A DNA stretch of 64,000 bases. Source: an uncultured Candidatus Saccharibacteria bacterium (GTDB lineage Bacteria > Patescibacteriota > Minisyncoccia > Phycocordibacterales > UBA9973). The translations under genes were made by a program, and so were the position numbers. Under the pieces are notes generated by a model. The model was given only the letters and a program-made list of their open reading frames with translations, did no database searches and was not told where the DNA came from. Shown in pieces: positions 1 through 8,771 of the stretch. The stretch's first letter is position 1. Every line of letters begins with the position of its first letter. Location: contig CAYSMH010000003.1 in NCBI GenBank assembly GCA_964432275.1, positions 6,718 to 70,717 on the forward strand, written 5' to 3'.

Positions 1-1095
1 ACGGTAGTTGCAAGACTTCGTGCAGCTGGTGCAGTGATCATTGGTCGCACAAACATGGATGAGTTTGCGATGGGTTCTAGTACCGAGAACTCTGCATACG
101 GTGTGACTAAAAATCCAATCAATGAAACCAAGGTTCCCGGAGGATCATCTGGAGGATCAGCAGCTGCAGTTGCAGCTGGACTCGCAGTCGTGTCACTCGG
201 GTCTGATACGGGAGGAAGCATCCGACAACCAGCCGCATTTTGTGGAGTAGTCGGTATATTGCCGACCTATGGTACTGTGTCACGACATGGACTGATGGCA
301 ATGGGCTCGTCACTTGATGTGATTGGTCCATTTGCACATACGACAGCAGATGCACAGATCGTCTACGACGTCATCAGGGGTAAAGATCAGTATGACAGTA
401 CGTCTGTACAGAGCGGTGTAGCAAAACCTCTTACCAAGAAACTCGCGGTGCCCAAAGGAATATTTGATGCAGGAGGAGTAGATAGTGAAGTCAAGCACAA
501 CTTTGAGGAAATGATAGAGAAACTCAAAGCTGAAGGCTATACCGTTGACGAAATAGATCTTCCTCATTTCAAAAATGCACTTGCTGTCTACTACATACTC
601 ATGCCAGCAGAAGTCTCGTCGAACCTCGCACGGTTTGATGGTGTGCGTTATGGTCCGAGAGTTGAGGGTGGCAAGATCCGAGACTTGTACACGACAACTC
701 GAGGGACCCTGTTTGGAGAGGAAGTCCGTCGTCGTATACTGCTCGGTACCTACGTGCTCTCACATGGCTACTACGATGCGTACTACAACAAAGCAATAGC
801 AGTGCGTCATGTGATCAAGCGTGAGCTTGCAGATGCATTTGCTACCTACGATGCGATTCTTACGCCTACCACACCATCTCCTGCATTTGGTATTGGAGAC
901 AAGATAGCTGATCCTATCGCGATGTATCTCTCTGATCTGTACACTGTCCCCGCCAACATCGCACAAGTGCCCGCTATTTCTATACCCAGTGGTACGACCA
1001 GTAGTGGGTTGCCGATAGGTATGCAAATCATCGGTGCGCCGCATGCCGAAGATACACTGTTTGCACTCGGTGAGACACTCGAGCGAATCCGCTAA
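1..1095 (+). CDS. gatA: Asp/Glu-tRNA amidotransferase subunit A (5' partial, begins before window)
   Basis: Amidase signature GGSSGGSAAAV, GSDTGGSIRQPA, SSNLARFDGVRYG; frame open from base 1. Confidence 0.96.
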   Translation, partial: TVVARLRAAGAVIIGRTNMDEFAMGSSTENSAYGVTKNPINETKVPGGSSGGSAAAVAAGLAVVSLGSDTGGSIRQPAAFCGVVGILPTYGTVSRHGLMAMGSSLDVIGPFAHTTADAQIVYDVIRGKDQYDSTSVQSGVAKPLTKKLAVPKGIFDAGGVDSEVKHNFEEMIEKLKAEGYTVDEIDLPHFKNALAVYYILMPAEVSSNLARFDGVRYGPRVEGGKIRDLYTTTRGTLFGEEVRRRILLGTYVLSHGYYDAYYNKAIAVRHVIKRELADAFATYDAILTPTTPSPAFGIGDKIADPIAMYLSDLYTVPANIAQVPAISIPSGTTSSGLPIGMQIIGAPHAEDTLFALGETLERIR

Positions 1096-1113
1096 ATATG
1101 CGATACTAGTACT

Positions 1114-1752
1114 ATGCAATCAAACGTACCAGAGCCCATATTTCTCAACGTTGAGTATATCTTTTCGTGGCTGTGGGGACACATCTTTGGGCCACTGTTT
1201 TCACAGAACACGATCGCGTTCTTACAGTTTTTGCTATCGATATTGATCATCATCGGTATCACGATCATTTTGTACAGTCTGGTGCGCATTCATGAAATGA
1301 AGCAAGACGATGAACGCAAGTCTGCAAAAGCAAAAAAAGAAAAAAGTCCTGCACTAGTTTCTACGCAGGGCAAGGGGGGCGGTATGGAGTTACCAGGAGC
1401 TACTGCTGCGATGGGTGAAGCACAAATTATTGCTCGCAATGAAACATGGGAACATATTCGTAGCAAGCTACTTTCTGAGAGTCAGAGTGATTGGCGACTC
1501 GCAATCATAGAGGCTGACATCTACCTCGATCGGGTACTCGATACACGCGGGGTACCAGGAGACACACTTGGTGACAAGCTCAAAAATGTATCTCCCGACA
1601 TACTGCCGTCGGTGCAAATAGCTTGGGAAGCACACAAGGTGCGCAACCGTATCGCGCATGATGGCGCAGACTTTGCGCTCACGATGCCTGAATCTCGACG
1701 TGTATTGTCATATTTTGAAATAGTGTTTCGCGACCTTCAGGTGATCGAATAA
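1114..1752 (+). CDS. Membrane-anchored hypothetical protein with HEPN/DUF4145-like C-terminal domain
   Basis: N-terminal TM helix; C-terminal WEAHKVRNRIAH (RxxxxH). Confidence 0.6.
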   Translation: MQSNVPEPIFLNVEYIFSWLWGHIFGPLFSQNTIAFLQFLLSILIIIGITIILYSLVRIHEMKQDDERKSAKAKKEKSPALVSTQGKGGGMELPGATAAMGEAQIIARNETWEHIRSKLLSESQSDWRLAIIEADIYLDRVLDTRGVPGDTLGDKLKNVSPDILPSVQIAWEAHKVRNRIAHDGADFALTMPESRRVLSYFEIVFRDLQVIE

Positions 1753-1802
1753 CTTGCACATGTGTACATCGTCTTGTATGATGTGCATCTGTACACATAT
1801 AT

Positions 1803-1873
1803 CGCGGGGTAGAGAAGAGGTATCTCGTAAGGCTCATAACCTTAAGACCCACGTTCGATTCGTGGCCCCGCAA
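1803..1873 (+). tRNA. tRNA-Met(CAT), initiator type
   Basis: Cloverleaf; C1xA72 mismatch, A11:U24, anticodon loop CTCATAA; CCA not encoded. Confidence 0.9.
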
Positions 1874-1879
1874 CAATCA

Positions 1880-1914
1880 AGCAAAAATCCCTATACAACA
1901 TAGGGATTTTTGCT
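1880..1914. terminator. Bidirectional intrinsic terminator
   Basis: Perfect inverted repeat AGCAAAAATCCCTAT-N5-ATAGGGATTTTTGCT. Confidence 0.8.
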
Positions 1915-1940
1915 ATTGATGCCAATCATAATGGCGCGGA

Positions 1941-1997
1941 CTGGTGGCCGAAGTGAGAACTGCAATTATCGCCCAGTATGAGCAAAACTTGCCGTGA
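1941..1997 (+). pseudogene. Displaced C-terminal tail of the large serine recombinase (LVAEVRTAIIAQYEQNLP*)
   Basis: Joins in frame to ORF 8772.. when the two junction repeats are recombined. Confidence 0.7.
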
Positions 1998-2155
1998 TAC
2001 TATCTTCGGCATTCGGAAGCCGAACTGCCGTCATATTCGCCAGAAGCCGTTTTGATCGTATCACAAAAAAATAACCCCTGTAAAAAATACAGGGGTGAAG
2101 ATTTGTAAAATCTTCAAAAACTTTTTCAATTCAATTTTATACCGAGAGCAAAGTA

Positions 2156-2749
2156 CTAAATTGCAAACATAGCAGCAGGATAGCATAAGTTGAAGTCATT
2201 ACTGGTGATATTAGTGTTAGCATGATCCCACCTATTAGCATTACCGCCACTCCAAGACAGGTAACGGACATAGAGTTCATTACGAGTTTCCTTGTAACAG
2301 CCCCGGTAAATGGTTCCCCAGAAAAGGATCTTTTTTGATTTCCAGTGTTCAGGAATGAATTCAGGGTGTTTCAACAGAAAGTCCAACACATTTGCGTTCA
2401 GTACTTTTTTGCCTCTCAATTCTCCTCGTAATGCCCAGCAATCGATATTGGCAATCTGCTGCTGACGTGCGAGATAGAGTACAACATTTGAAACGTCAAA
2501 CTTGATAGTGCCGCCTTTTTGGTGTTCCTCTAATTTCAAACCGGTTGGAATAAACGGTTCTGCATCGCAGTCAATATCATGTTTAGTACCCTTTATTTCG
2601 TGGGTGCCATGCATTACGCCGAGGACCAATTTCATCAGATTTTCGTCTTTTGAAAAGTCGTCCATGTTTTTTGGTTCCCAACCTGCTTTTGCGGCTGAAA
2701 TTGTAACTTCCCCCATAAGGGTACAGCCAAACTCATTTGATTTTGCCAT
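2156..2749 (-). CDS. Hypothetical protein resembling CPR DGR-target (CLec-like) proteins
   Basis: LNANVLDFLLKHPEFIPEHWK..ILFWGTIYR..YVRYLSW..RW..PAA pattern; ATG 2749 preferred. Confidence 0.6.
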   Translation of the reverse strand: MAKSNEFGCTLMGEVTISAAKAGWEPKNMDDFSKDENLMKLVLGVMHGTHEIKGTKHDIDCDAEPFIPTGLKLEEHQKGGTIKFDVSNVVLYLARQQQIANIDCWALRGELRGKKVLNANVLDFLLKHPEFIPEHWKSKKILFWGTIYRGCYKETRNELYVRYLSWSGGNANRWDHANTNITSNDFNLCYPAAMFAI

Positions 2750-3011
2750 TGTTTTAGATTTGTGACACATCCGCTTTTGGCGGACTCATCGGTGAAAAAT
2801 GTATTAAAGAACTGCTATTATTATAGCACTACTCTACTATATAGTCAAGTATGTTCCCCACCTTCTTGATTTGTAATAGTAATTATATGTAACTTTAGTT
2901 TCCACCCACGGACGAACTCGTGCTATGTGTATTGAGAGGTGTCCGTAAGTTGGTTCGTTATATCAGTCACTGGAAGTATCAAAAAGGAGCTGAAAGTGCT
3001 AAAATCTCACC

Positions 3012-3770
3012 ATGCCAAATCCAAAAGATGAGAAAAACACCTTTTTTGACTTCAGTAAACTCCCGCCAGAAAAGGGTATTCTCTTATTCCCGCTTTCTAT
3101 CAGTCTTTTGCGAAACCGACAAAATGCCGATAATCTCATAAAAGATCTCTATAAGTTTTATCCGTCGAAAATGAGCAAACCTCTTATTGGTGTGAATTAT
3201 GTCTACAGCGACTTCCTGTATCTGTATAGCAACAAGCCTGCCCCTGAGCTGAAGCAATCTTTTATGAGCCAGACCATAAAGCATAAAAACGAAATTCAGA
3301 ACATCGTTAAGAAGAATCATGTTGATTTTCAGATTCAGCACGCATTCAGCTTTTCGTCATGGAATCAGTTGTATCTAGGCACAAGTGATTTTGAATTAGC
3401 CTTTGATAAAATCAAAAAACTCTACGCCGAAGATACTCTTTTTCAAAAATATGTAGAGGAAGACTGTGTGTCATATGGAAGAGATATGGAAGAAAATCAG
3501 ACCAACTTCTTTTTAGAAGAAGCGCTTATGTTTTATATGATTCAAAAGAACCAAGTAAGGCTCCCAAATGAGTACATTGAAAATCATCAACAGTGGGTAT
3601 TGCTTTGTTACCCAGGACGACCACTAAAAACAATTGTGTATCTAGCACAGCTTAATCCTTTGAAATTAGAATGGTCTGAAAATCCATATGAGAATGCATT
3701 TTACGATTTAGAATCAAAGCAGCTTATTGAGTACGATCGAGTTGATCTTGATACGTATACACTAAAGTAA
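3012..3770 (+). CDS. tRNA-dependent cyclodipeptide synthase (CDPS)-like protein
   Basis: 252 aa; LLFPLSIS near N-terminus, FFLEE, CYPG in CDPS order. Confidence 0.55.
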   Translation: MPNPKDEKNTFFDFSKLPPEKGILLFPLSISLLRNRQNADNLIKDLYKFYPSKMSKPLIGVNYVYSDFLYLYSNKPAPELKQSFMSQTIKHKNEIQNIVKKNHVDFQIQHAFSFSSWNQLYLGTSDFELAFDKIKKLYAEDTLFQKYVEEDCVSYGRDMEENQTNFFLEEALMFYMIQKNQVRLPNEYIENHQQWVLLCYPGRPLKTIVYLAQLNPLKLEWSENPYENAFYDLESKQLIEYDRVDLDTYTLK

Positions 3771-3799
3771 CCTTGGATTTATCTGGTTAGAATTGTTAT

Positions 3800-3836
3800 G
3801 CAATAAAAAACCACACATGTTGTGGTTTTTTATTGC
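3800..3836. terminator. Intrinsic terminator
   Basis: GCAATAAAAAACCACA-N5-TGTGGTTTTTTATTGC. Confidence 0.75.
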
Positions 3837-3908
3837 TAGAAAAATCTGGGGCTTTTTGATCAAAAGTGCTAGGATACGCATATTGACCATAAATTACTAT
3901 TACTATCA

Positions 3909-6146
3909 ATGGCTGCCACAGAAAAAACTACAAAAAATGTTCGGCGAAGTAATGTATTTTCATACATAAAAACGACACACGATTTGCTCCAGCACAGAGA
4001 GTTATTTCAAAAAGTTTTAGCCATACTGGGCGATTTGAAATCTATTCATCCAAAGCATACCTATACCTATCCCACAGAGGAACGAAACGATGATCTGGTC
4101 CAGCTTTTAATCGATCTCAAAATCGCCTCATACGATTGGGAAGAAATGGAGAAGCAAACGCACCGCGCGGTCGGAAATCGAATAATCGAGTTCCGTTTTG
4201 ACGGGAGTAAAGTCATTGAACTTGTTGATCGCGTTTCAGGTAAGCATAGCCGTATACGGAAAGAAACTCTTGAACTTATTTCAAAAGATATTGGGGAGAG
4301 GTTTACGCTCAATAAGATTGTCGAGATATTTACCGACATTGGGACACCAGAAAGCATGTTTACTCAAGACACCAAATGGCGGGCTGTTTTTTATATCCTC
4401 TCCTTCTACACCACATCAAAAGATTCGAAAGATATTTTGATGTTCTTGAAAATACTTGAACGGTTCGTTCATCCACTTTCGTTTGGCGGCGATGAAACAA
4501 AAGCCAAAGAAACTGAAGAAAAATATAATAAATGGCTCAAGTATGACCGATTCGGAATAAAGACCGGCAAAGCGTTCATTGGTCCAACCGAAGAAGAAAT
4601 TGACCTTGGTATGGATGAGTGGACCAATTCGGATGGCGAAAGCTTCGAAACAAGAGGATTGACAATATCACCAGATGATGTCGCTCGATTGTGGGTTTTT
4701 TGGACTCAGGTAGTCTTAATTGTGAGTGCGTATGAAGGCAATCAGGGACTTGACCGCGATGAGCTTGAGAAGCTGTATCTGGAACTCATAGCGAAAGCGG
4801 AGCAATTGATTGATCGGGGCGATCTCGGGGATTTAAAACAATCCTACAAACGACCGTTCAACAGTCTTGTAACTGCCGAGATTGAAGCACGGTCAAAAGG
4901 ATTCAATAGCCCTTATGAACTAGCTGGTATTTTTCTGATTATAGTGGGTCAAATGCAACCAGATGCTACTGAAATTCAAAAAGAACGAGAGGAACATGCC
5001 GATCTGATCAAGCGTGTCGCCTCTGCAACTCGCGCTATTAGTGGAGAAAAAATCAATATTGCAAAATTATCCTACGAGCAAGCTCTTTTCATACTGAAAC
5101 TATATGTGACTTATATCTCGAACATATTTGAAGCGGTCGCAAGTGGAAACGTAAAAATTACTGACAGTGCCCTTAACGCAAAATATATCCTATTTACCGA
5201 CTCTGTTGAGCAAATCCTCAACAGGAATGATTTTGCCAAACTCAAAAAACAACAGCCTGATTATCTACCAGAACATCTCTATATTGGGGCGGATGAAATG
5301 GAAACATGGTTTGAGTATGGTGGGCAACCAGCCATCATGAGCTTTATCGGAGCAATCGAAAGCGCCTGGGTGAGAAGCGGGCAGCAATCATTTCCTATAT
5401 CTCTCGCTCTCAATAATCAACTAACGGAAACAGACGAGATCATTTCTCGGCACAAGAAATATAAGTCAGAAAAATGGAAACAGATCACTAAAAACCTCGA
5501 CGGCATGAAGGATGAGATGTTTGGTGGCAATAACAAAAAGGAGGAACCGAAAACTGAGCCCGATACACCTAAAAAAGTTATTCACGAACACCTCCATCGT
5601 TTCGAGAATAGCATCCAAGAAAAGGATATTGCATTCAACCACACGTTTTTTGAAGGCGACACTGAGGGAACGGTAGTTAAGAACAAAAAGAAGATTGTGC
5701 TTCCAAAGTTTCCTGCAACCCCCTACGAACAGATTTCGATCCGCTTTCTAACTGATCAAGATGTCCTAATCACAACCCCCAAGAAACAGGTTAGCTCAAA
5801 CTATGAAGCTCTTGGGTTTTCAAATGACAAAGAGAAGAAGCCTAACACTGCATGGGTACTCTTATTACTTCTGGCAAAGAATGGTGGCGAAATCAAAACA
5901 TCAAAGCCTATTCCTGATACGTTACGCCAACAGAAGCGCCAAATCTCTGATCAATTTAAGCTCATATTTAGAAACTCGCAGGACCCGTTTGAGGATTTTT
6001 CTGACACAAATTCTTATCGCTTAAAAATCAAGCTCGAAGTTGTTGGCAAAGATGAAGCCCCTGATCCGCTCGGTACCCAAGAATACCTCGATGAAACCAT
6101 GACCGAAGGAGCAGAAAACTACGGTCGTGATTTCACGCAATTTTAA
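3909..6146 (+). CDS. Large hypothetical protein; possible AbiJ-NTD-like region and C-terminal winged-helix-like domain
   Basis: 745-aa ORF; LERFVHPLSFGGDE..YNKWLKYD segment; C-terminal AWVLLLLLA..LRQQKRQISDQFK..YRLKI. Confidence 0.6.
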   Translation: MAATEKTTKNVRRSNVFSYIKTTHDLLQHRELFQKVLAILGDLKSIHPKHTYTYPTEERNDDLVQLLIDLKIASYDWEEMEKQTHRAVGNRIIEFRFDGSKVIELVDRVSGKHSRIRKETLELISKDIGERFTLNKIVEIFTDIGTPESMFTQDTKWRAVFYILSFYTTSKDSKDILMFLKILERFVHPLSFGGDETKAKETEEKYNKWLKYDRFGIKTGKAFIGPTEEEIDLGMDEWTNSDGESFETRGLTISPDDVARLWVFWTQVVLIVSAYEGNQGLDRDELEKLYLELIAKAEQLIDRGDLGDLKQSYKRPFNSLVTAEIEARSKGFNSPYELAGIFLIIVGQMQPDATEIQKEREEHADLIKRVASATRAISGEKINIAKLSYEQALFILKLYVTYISNIFEAVASGNVKITDSALNAKYILFTDSVEQILNRNDFAKLKKQQPDYLPEHLYIGADEMETWFEYGGQPAIMSFIGAIESAWVRSGQQSFPISLALNNQLTETDEIISRHKKYKSEKWKQITKNLDGMKDEMFGGNNKKEEPKTEPDTPKKVIHEHLHRFENSIQEKDIAFNHTFFEGDTEGTVVKNKKKIVLPKFPATPYEQISIRFLTDQDVLITTPKKQVSSNYEALGFSNDKEKKPNTAWVLLLLLAKNGGEIKTSKPIPDTLRQQKRQISDQFKLIFRNSQDPFEDFSDTNSYRLKIKLEVVGKDEAPDPLGTQEYLDETMTEGAENYGRDFTQF

Positions 6147-6267
6147 CTAAATACAGAAACCCAATAAAACACTGGCTATAAGGCCAGTGTTTTTCGTTCA
6201 TCGTGATTTTTCACCCTATACATATGAGAGCACAAAACTCTCATATTACTCACTAGCAATTATTACT

Positions 6268-6549
6268 ATGACAAAAAAGAAAATGTCAGCGAGCGAGCAA
6301 AATCTGCTCAATGACCCGTCTGTTGTTTTTACAACGTATGACCTTGGTGTATCAGCCGCACTCCTCTGTGCGGATTTTGAGCTTCTGGCGGTCCAAAAAA
6401 CCAATCCGCGCAAAGCCCTGTTCGTTTTTAAGAAAGAAAAAGGTATCGAAGATGCAGCAAATAGCTACTTCTCCGATCGTCTCAAAGTCAAAGCACGGTC
6501 GTATTTTGACCATCTCAAGGCACTCAAGAACAAACTCTACAGCGAATAG
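6268..6549 (+). CDS. DUF5659-like small protein
   Basis: TTYDLGVSAALL..FELL..KALFVF..YF..LKALKNKLY. Confidence 0.6.
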   Translation: MTKKKMSASEQNLLNDPSVVFTTYDLGVSAALLCADFELLAVQKTNPRKALFVFKKEKGIEDAANSYFSDRLKVKARSYFDHLKALKNKLYSE

Positions 6550-6552
6550 TTC

Positions 6553-6732
6553 ATGGTTCTTTCAGACGAGAAAATCAAAGAGTTCCAAGAGTTATACAAA
6601 GAACACTTTGGAGTAGAGATCAGCAAAGCGGATGCCTATGAAAATGGCACAAAGCTTTTGCGACTGATCTCACTGATTTATCGTCCAATCGAACAAGATG
6701 AAGATGAGCTCAATGAGATTAACACCCGCTAA
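6553..6732 (+). CDS. Small hypothetical protein (59 aa, MVLSDEKIKEFQELYKEHFG...)
   Basis: Read directly from sequence (below ORF-track cutoff); tightly packed in operon. Confidence 0.65.
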   Translation: MVLSDEKIKEFQELYKEHFGVEISKADAYENGTKLLRLISLIYRPIEQDEDELNEINTR

Positions 6733-6737
6733 ATCCA

Positions 6738-7082
6738 ATGACAAAAATCAACCGCCAAAAAATCTGCGGTTCGATGAGCTACACCATCAACGAGATGTCA
6801 GAGTATTTGGGTATCAACAAAAAAACTTGCCTACGCTGGATCGAGAACGGACTGCCGATCGTTCCTGGCAGCAAGAAACCAATTCTTATGCTCGGCTCAC
6901 AGATCAAGGAGTTTTTGCGAAAGAAAGACTCAAAGAAGAAAGTTGAGCTTAAGAGAAACGAGTTTTATTGCCTCAGATGCAAAGCCCCTCGGAGAGCAAA
7001 ACGTGGCTCAATCAAGCGATTGGCGCATCACAAAACGAGCATTTGTAGTGTCTGTAGCGGGAAAATGAGTCGGACAATCTAA
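6738..7082 (+). CDS. Helix-turn-helix protein with Zn ribbon
   Basis: YTINEMSEYLGINKKTCLRWIENGL; CLRC...CSVC. Confidence 0.75.
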   Translation: MTKINRQKICGSMSYTINEMSEYLGINKKTCLRWIENGLPIVPGSKKPILMLGSQIKEFLRKKDSKKKVELKRNEFYCLRCKAPRRAKRGSIKRLAHHKTSICSVCSGKMSRTI

Positions 7083-7202
7083 CTCTCCCAAAAGGACTAA
7101 ATGATATTCTCGATACCAACTTAAATGTCCATTATGACCCTCGTTATGTTCCTACATATTAACGACAAAAATTATCCATTATAAACACTAAAAAGTTACC
7201 CT

Positions 7203-7436
7203 ATGACTACGCCACAAATCGAAGAAAAAATAACTCTCAACATCAGCGCTAGAAATCTACCATTTGTCATATCGGCACTTGAGTCAGAGATAGAGCATCT
7301 AAACAAAATCCAAAAGGCATGCGTCAAGAAAAAGCAGTTCCAAGCAGCAAACGATTTACTGCCCAACATCATGTTACTGGAGAATATGGTGAAATACCTG
7401 AAACCTTTCAAGCCCACCCCTTTACCATTCAAATAA
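7203..7436 (+). CDS. Hypothetical protein
   Basis: 77-aa ORF directly upstream of the tyrosine recombinase. Confidence 0.45.
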   Translation: MTTPQIEEKITLNISARNLPFVISALESEIEHLNKIQKACVKKKQFQAANDLLPNIMLLENMVKYLKPFKPTPLPFK

Positions 7437-7443
7437 CCCATCC

Positions 7444-8559
7444 ATGACAAACACTATGTATGAAAACGAAATAGCTAAAAGAGCTTTTTTCGAGCACTTA
7501 AAAGGGGCTAAAGGATTTTCGAGAAGTTCGATCCGTACCCACGCAGAGGCGGTCAATCAATGGGAAATCTTTACAAAAAATGATTACTTTTCTACCTACG
7601 ATAAATCCAAAGCTACCTCTTTTACTGACTGGCTTGCTAGTCGACCAGCTAAAACAAAATCTGGAACGATTTCACTGGTCACGCAGTACAACTACCTACG
7701 TCGTGTAAAAAAGTTCTTTACATGGCTATGCGACCAATCAAAGTATAGAAGTAAGATTGTAAAAAGCGATGTTGAGTACTTGCGCCTTTCAAAAGCCGAT
7801 GCTCAAATTGCACGTTCGGGGACGACAAAGAAAATGCCAACCTTCGAGGACGTTAAAAAGATAATCGAGAGTATTGGTGAAAAGTCTGAAATCGACATGC
7901 GTGACAGAGCGCTCATCTCCTTTGCGCTCATCACGGGTGGCCGCATTTCTGCCATAGTCTCGCTCAAGATGAAGAACTTTGACAAAGAGCTCAAGCAGAT
8001 CGATCAAAACCCAGGAGACGGCGTAAAGACCAAGAACTCAAAAAGAATACTCACCACCTTTTTCCCAATCGGTTGGGACGAACCTGAAAAATACTTCATG
8101 GAATGGTATGACTATCTCATTTCAAAGGACTTTCAATCAGATGACCCTATCTTCCCAGTGACCGCTGGTTCATTCGTAAGCGGAGAACATAGCTACAGCA
8201 AGGAAACCGTTGGACAGGATGCCTGGAGCGGCACAGGAGCCGCACGCAAGATATTTGAGAAGCGATGCAAAAATGCTGGACTACCATATTTCCACCCGCA
8301 CTCATTCCGTCATTTGGTTGTGAACATCCTTAGCAAGAAACGCCTCACCGAAGAAGAGAAACGTGCAATCAGCATGAACCTCGGACATGAAAATGTTGGT
8401 ACAACGTTTGGATCATATGGCTACGGAAGTATGAGCAATGAAAGCGCGGTGAAGATTGTTCAAAAATTGAAAGACGTACAGGATGGCACCAGTAACAGCC
8501 TTATGTTATCAGAGCAGGAAAAAGCTCTGTTGGAGAGACTATTGAAGCGTATTTCATAA
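7444..8559 (+). CDS. Tyrosine recombinase/integrase
   Basis: RDRAL..TGGRIS, KTK, HSFRH, LGH..Y catalytic motifs. Confidence 0.9.
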   Translation: MTNTMYENEIAKRAFFEHLKGAKGFSRSSIRTHAEAVNQWEIFTKNDYFSTYDKSKATSFTDWLASRPAKTKSGTISLVTQYNYLRRVKKFFTWLCDQSKYRSKIVKSDVEYLRLSKADAQIARSGTTKKMPTFEDVKKIIESIGEKSEIDMRDRALISFALITGGRISAIVSLKMKNFDKELKQIDQNPGDGVKTKNSKRILTTFFPIGWDEPEKYFMEWYDYLISKDFQSDDPIFPVTAGSFVSGEHSYSKETVGQDAWSGTGAARKIFEKRCKNAGLPYFHPHSFRHLVVNILSKKRLTEEEKRAISMNLGHENVGTTFGSYGYGSMSNESAVKIVQKLKDVQDGTSNSLMLSEQEKALLERLLKRIS

Positions 8560-8596
8560 ACTTGCAATGTAAAGAATAGTAAAGTATCATAAAGAT

Positions 8597-8770
8597 ATGG
8601 AAAAAGATTTTTACACAGCCCGAGATTTGGCCGATAAGCTTGGTCTAAACATTATGACGATCTATCGATGGATCGATGCGAAAAAGCTCAAGGCATACAA
8701 ACTTGGCAAGGAGTTTCGCATTGAGAAAAAGGACTTTGATGCTTTCTTGAAAAAAGCGAGTACCAAATAA
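8597..8770 (+). CDS. Excisionase-like HTH_17 DNA-binding protein (57 aa)
   Basis: MEKDFYTARDLADKLGLNIMTIYRWIDAKKLKAYKLGKEFRI; promoter TTGCAA-N17-TATCAT upstream. Confidence 0.8.
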   Translation: MEKDFYTARDLADKLGLNIMTIYRWIDAKKLKAYKLGKEFRIEKKDFDAFLKKASTK

Positions 8771-8771
8771 T

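Noticed and set aside
2160-2290. Second VR of the TR at 29483-29610
   Set aside because: No alignable nucleotide similarity to that TR.
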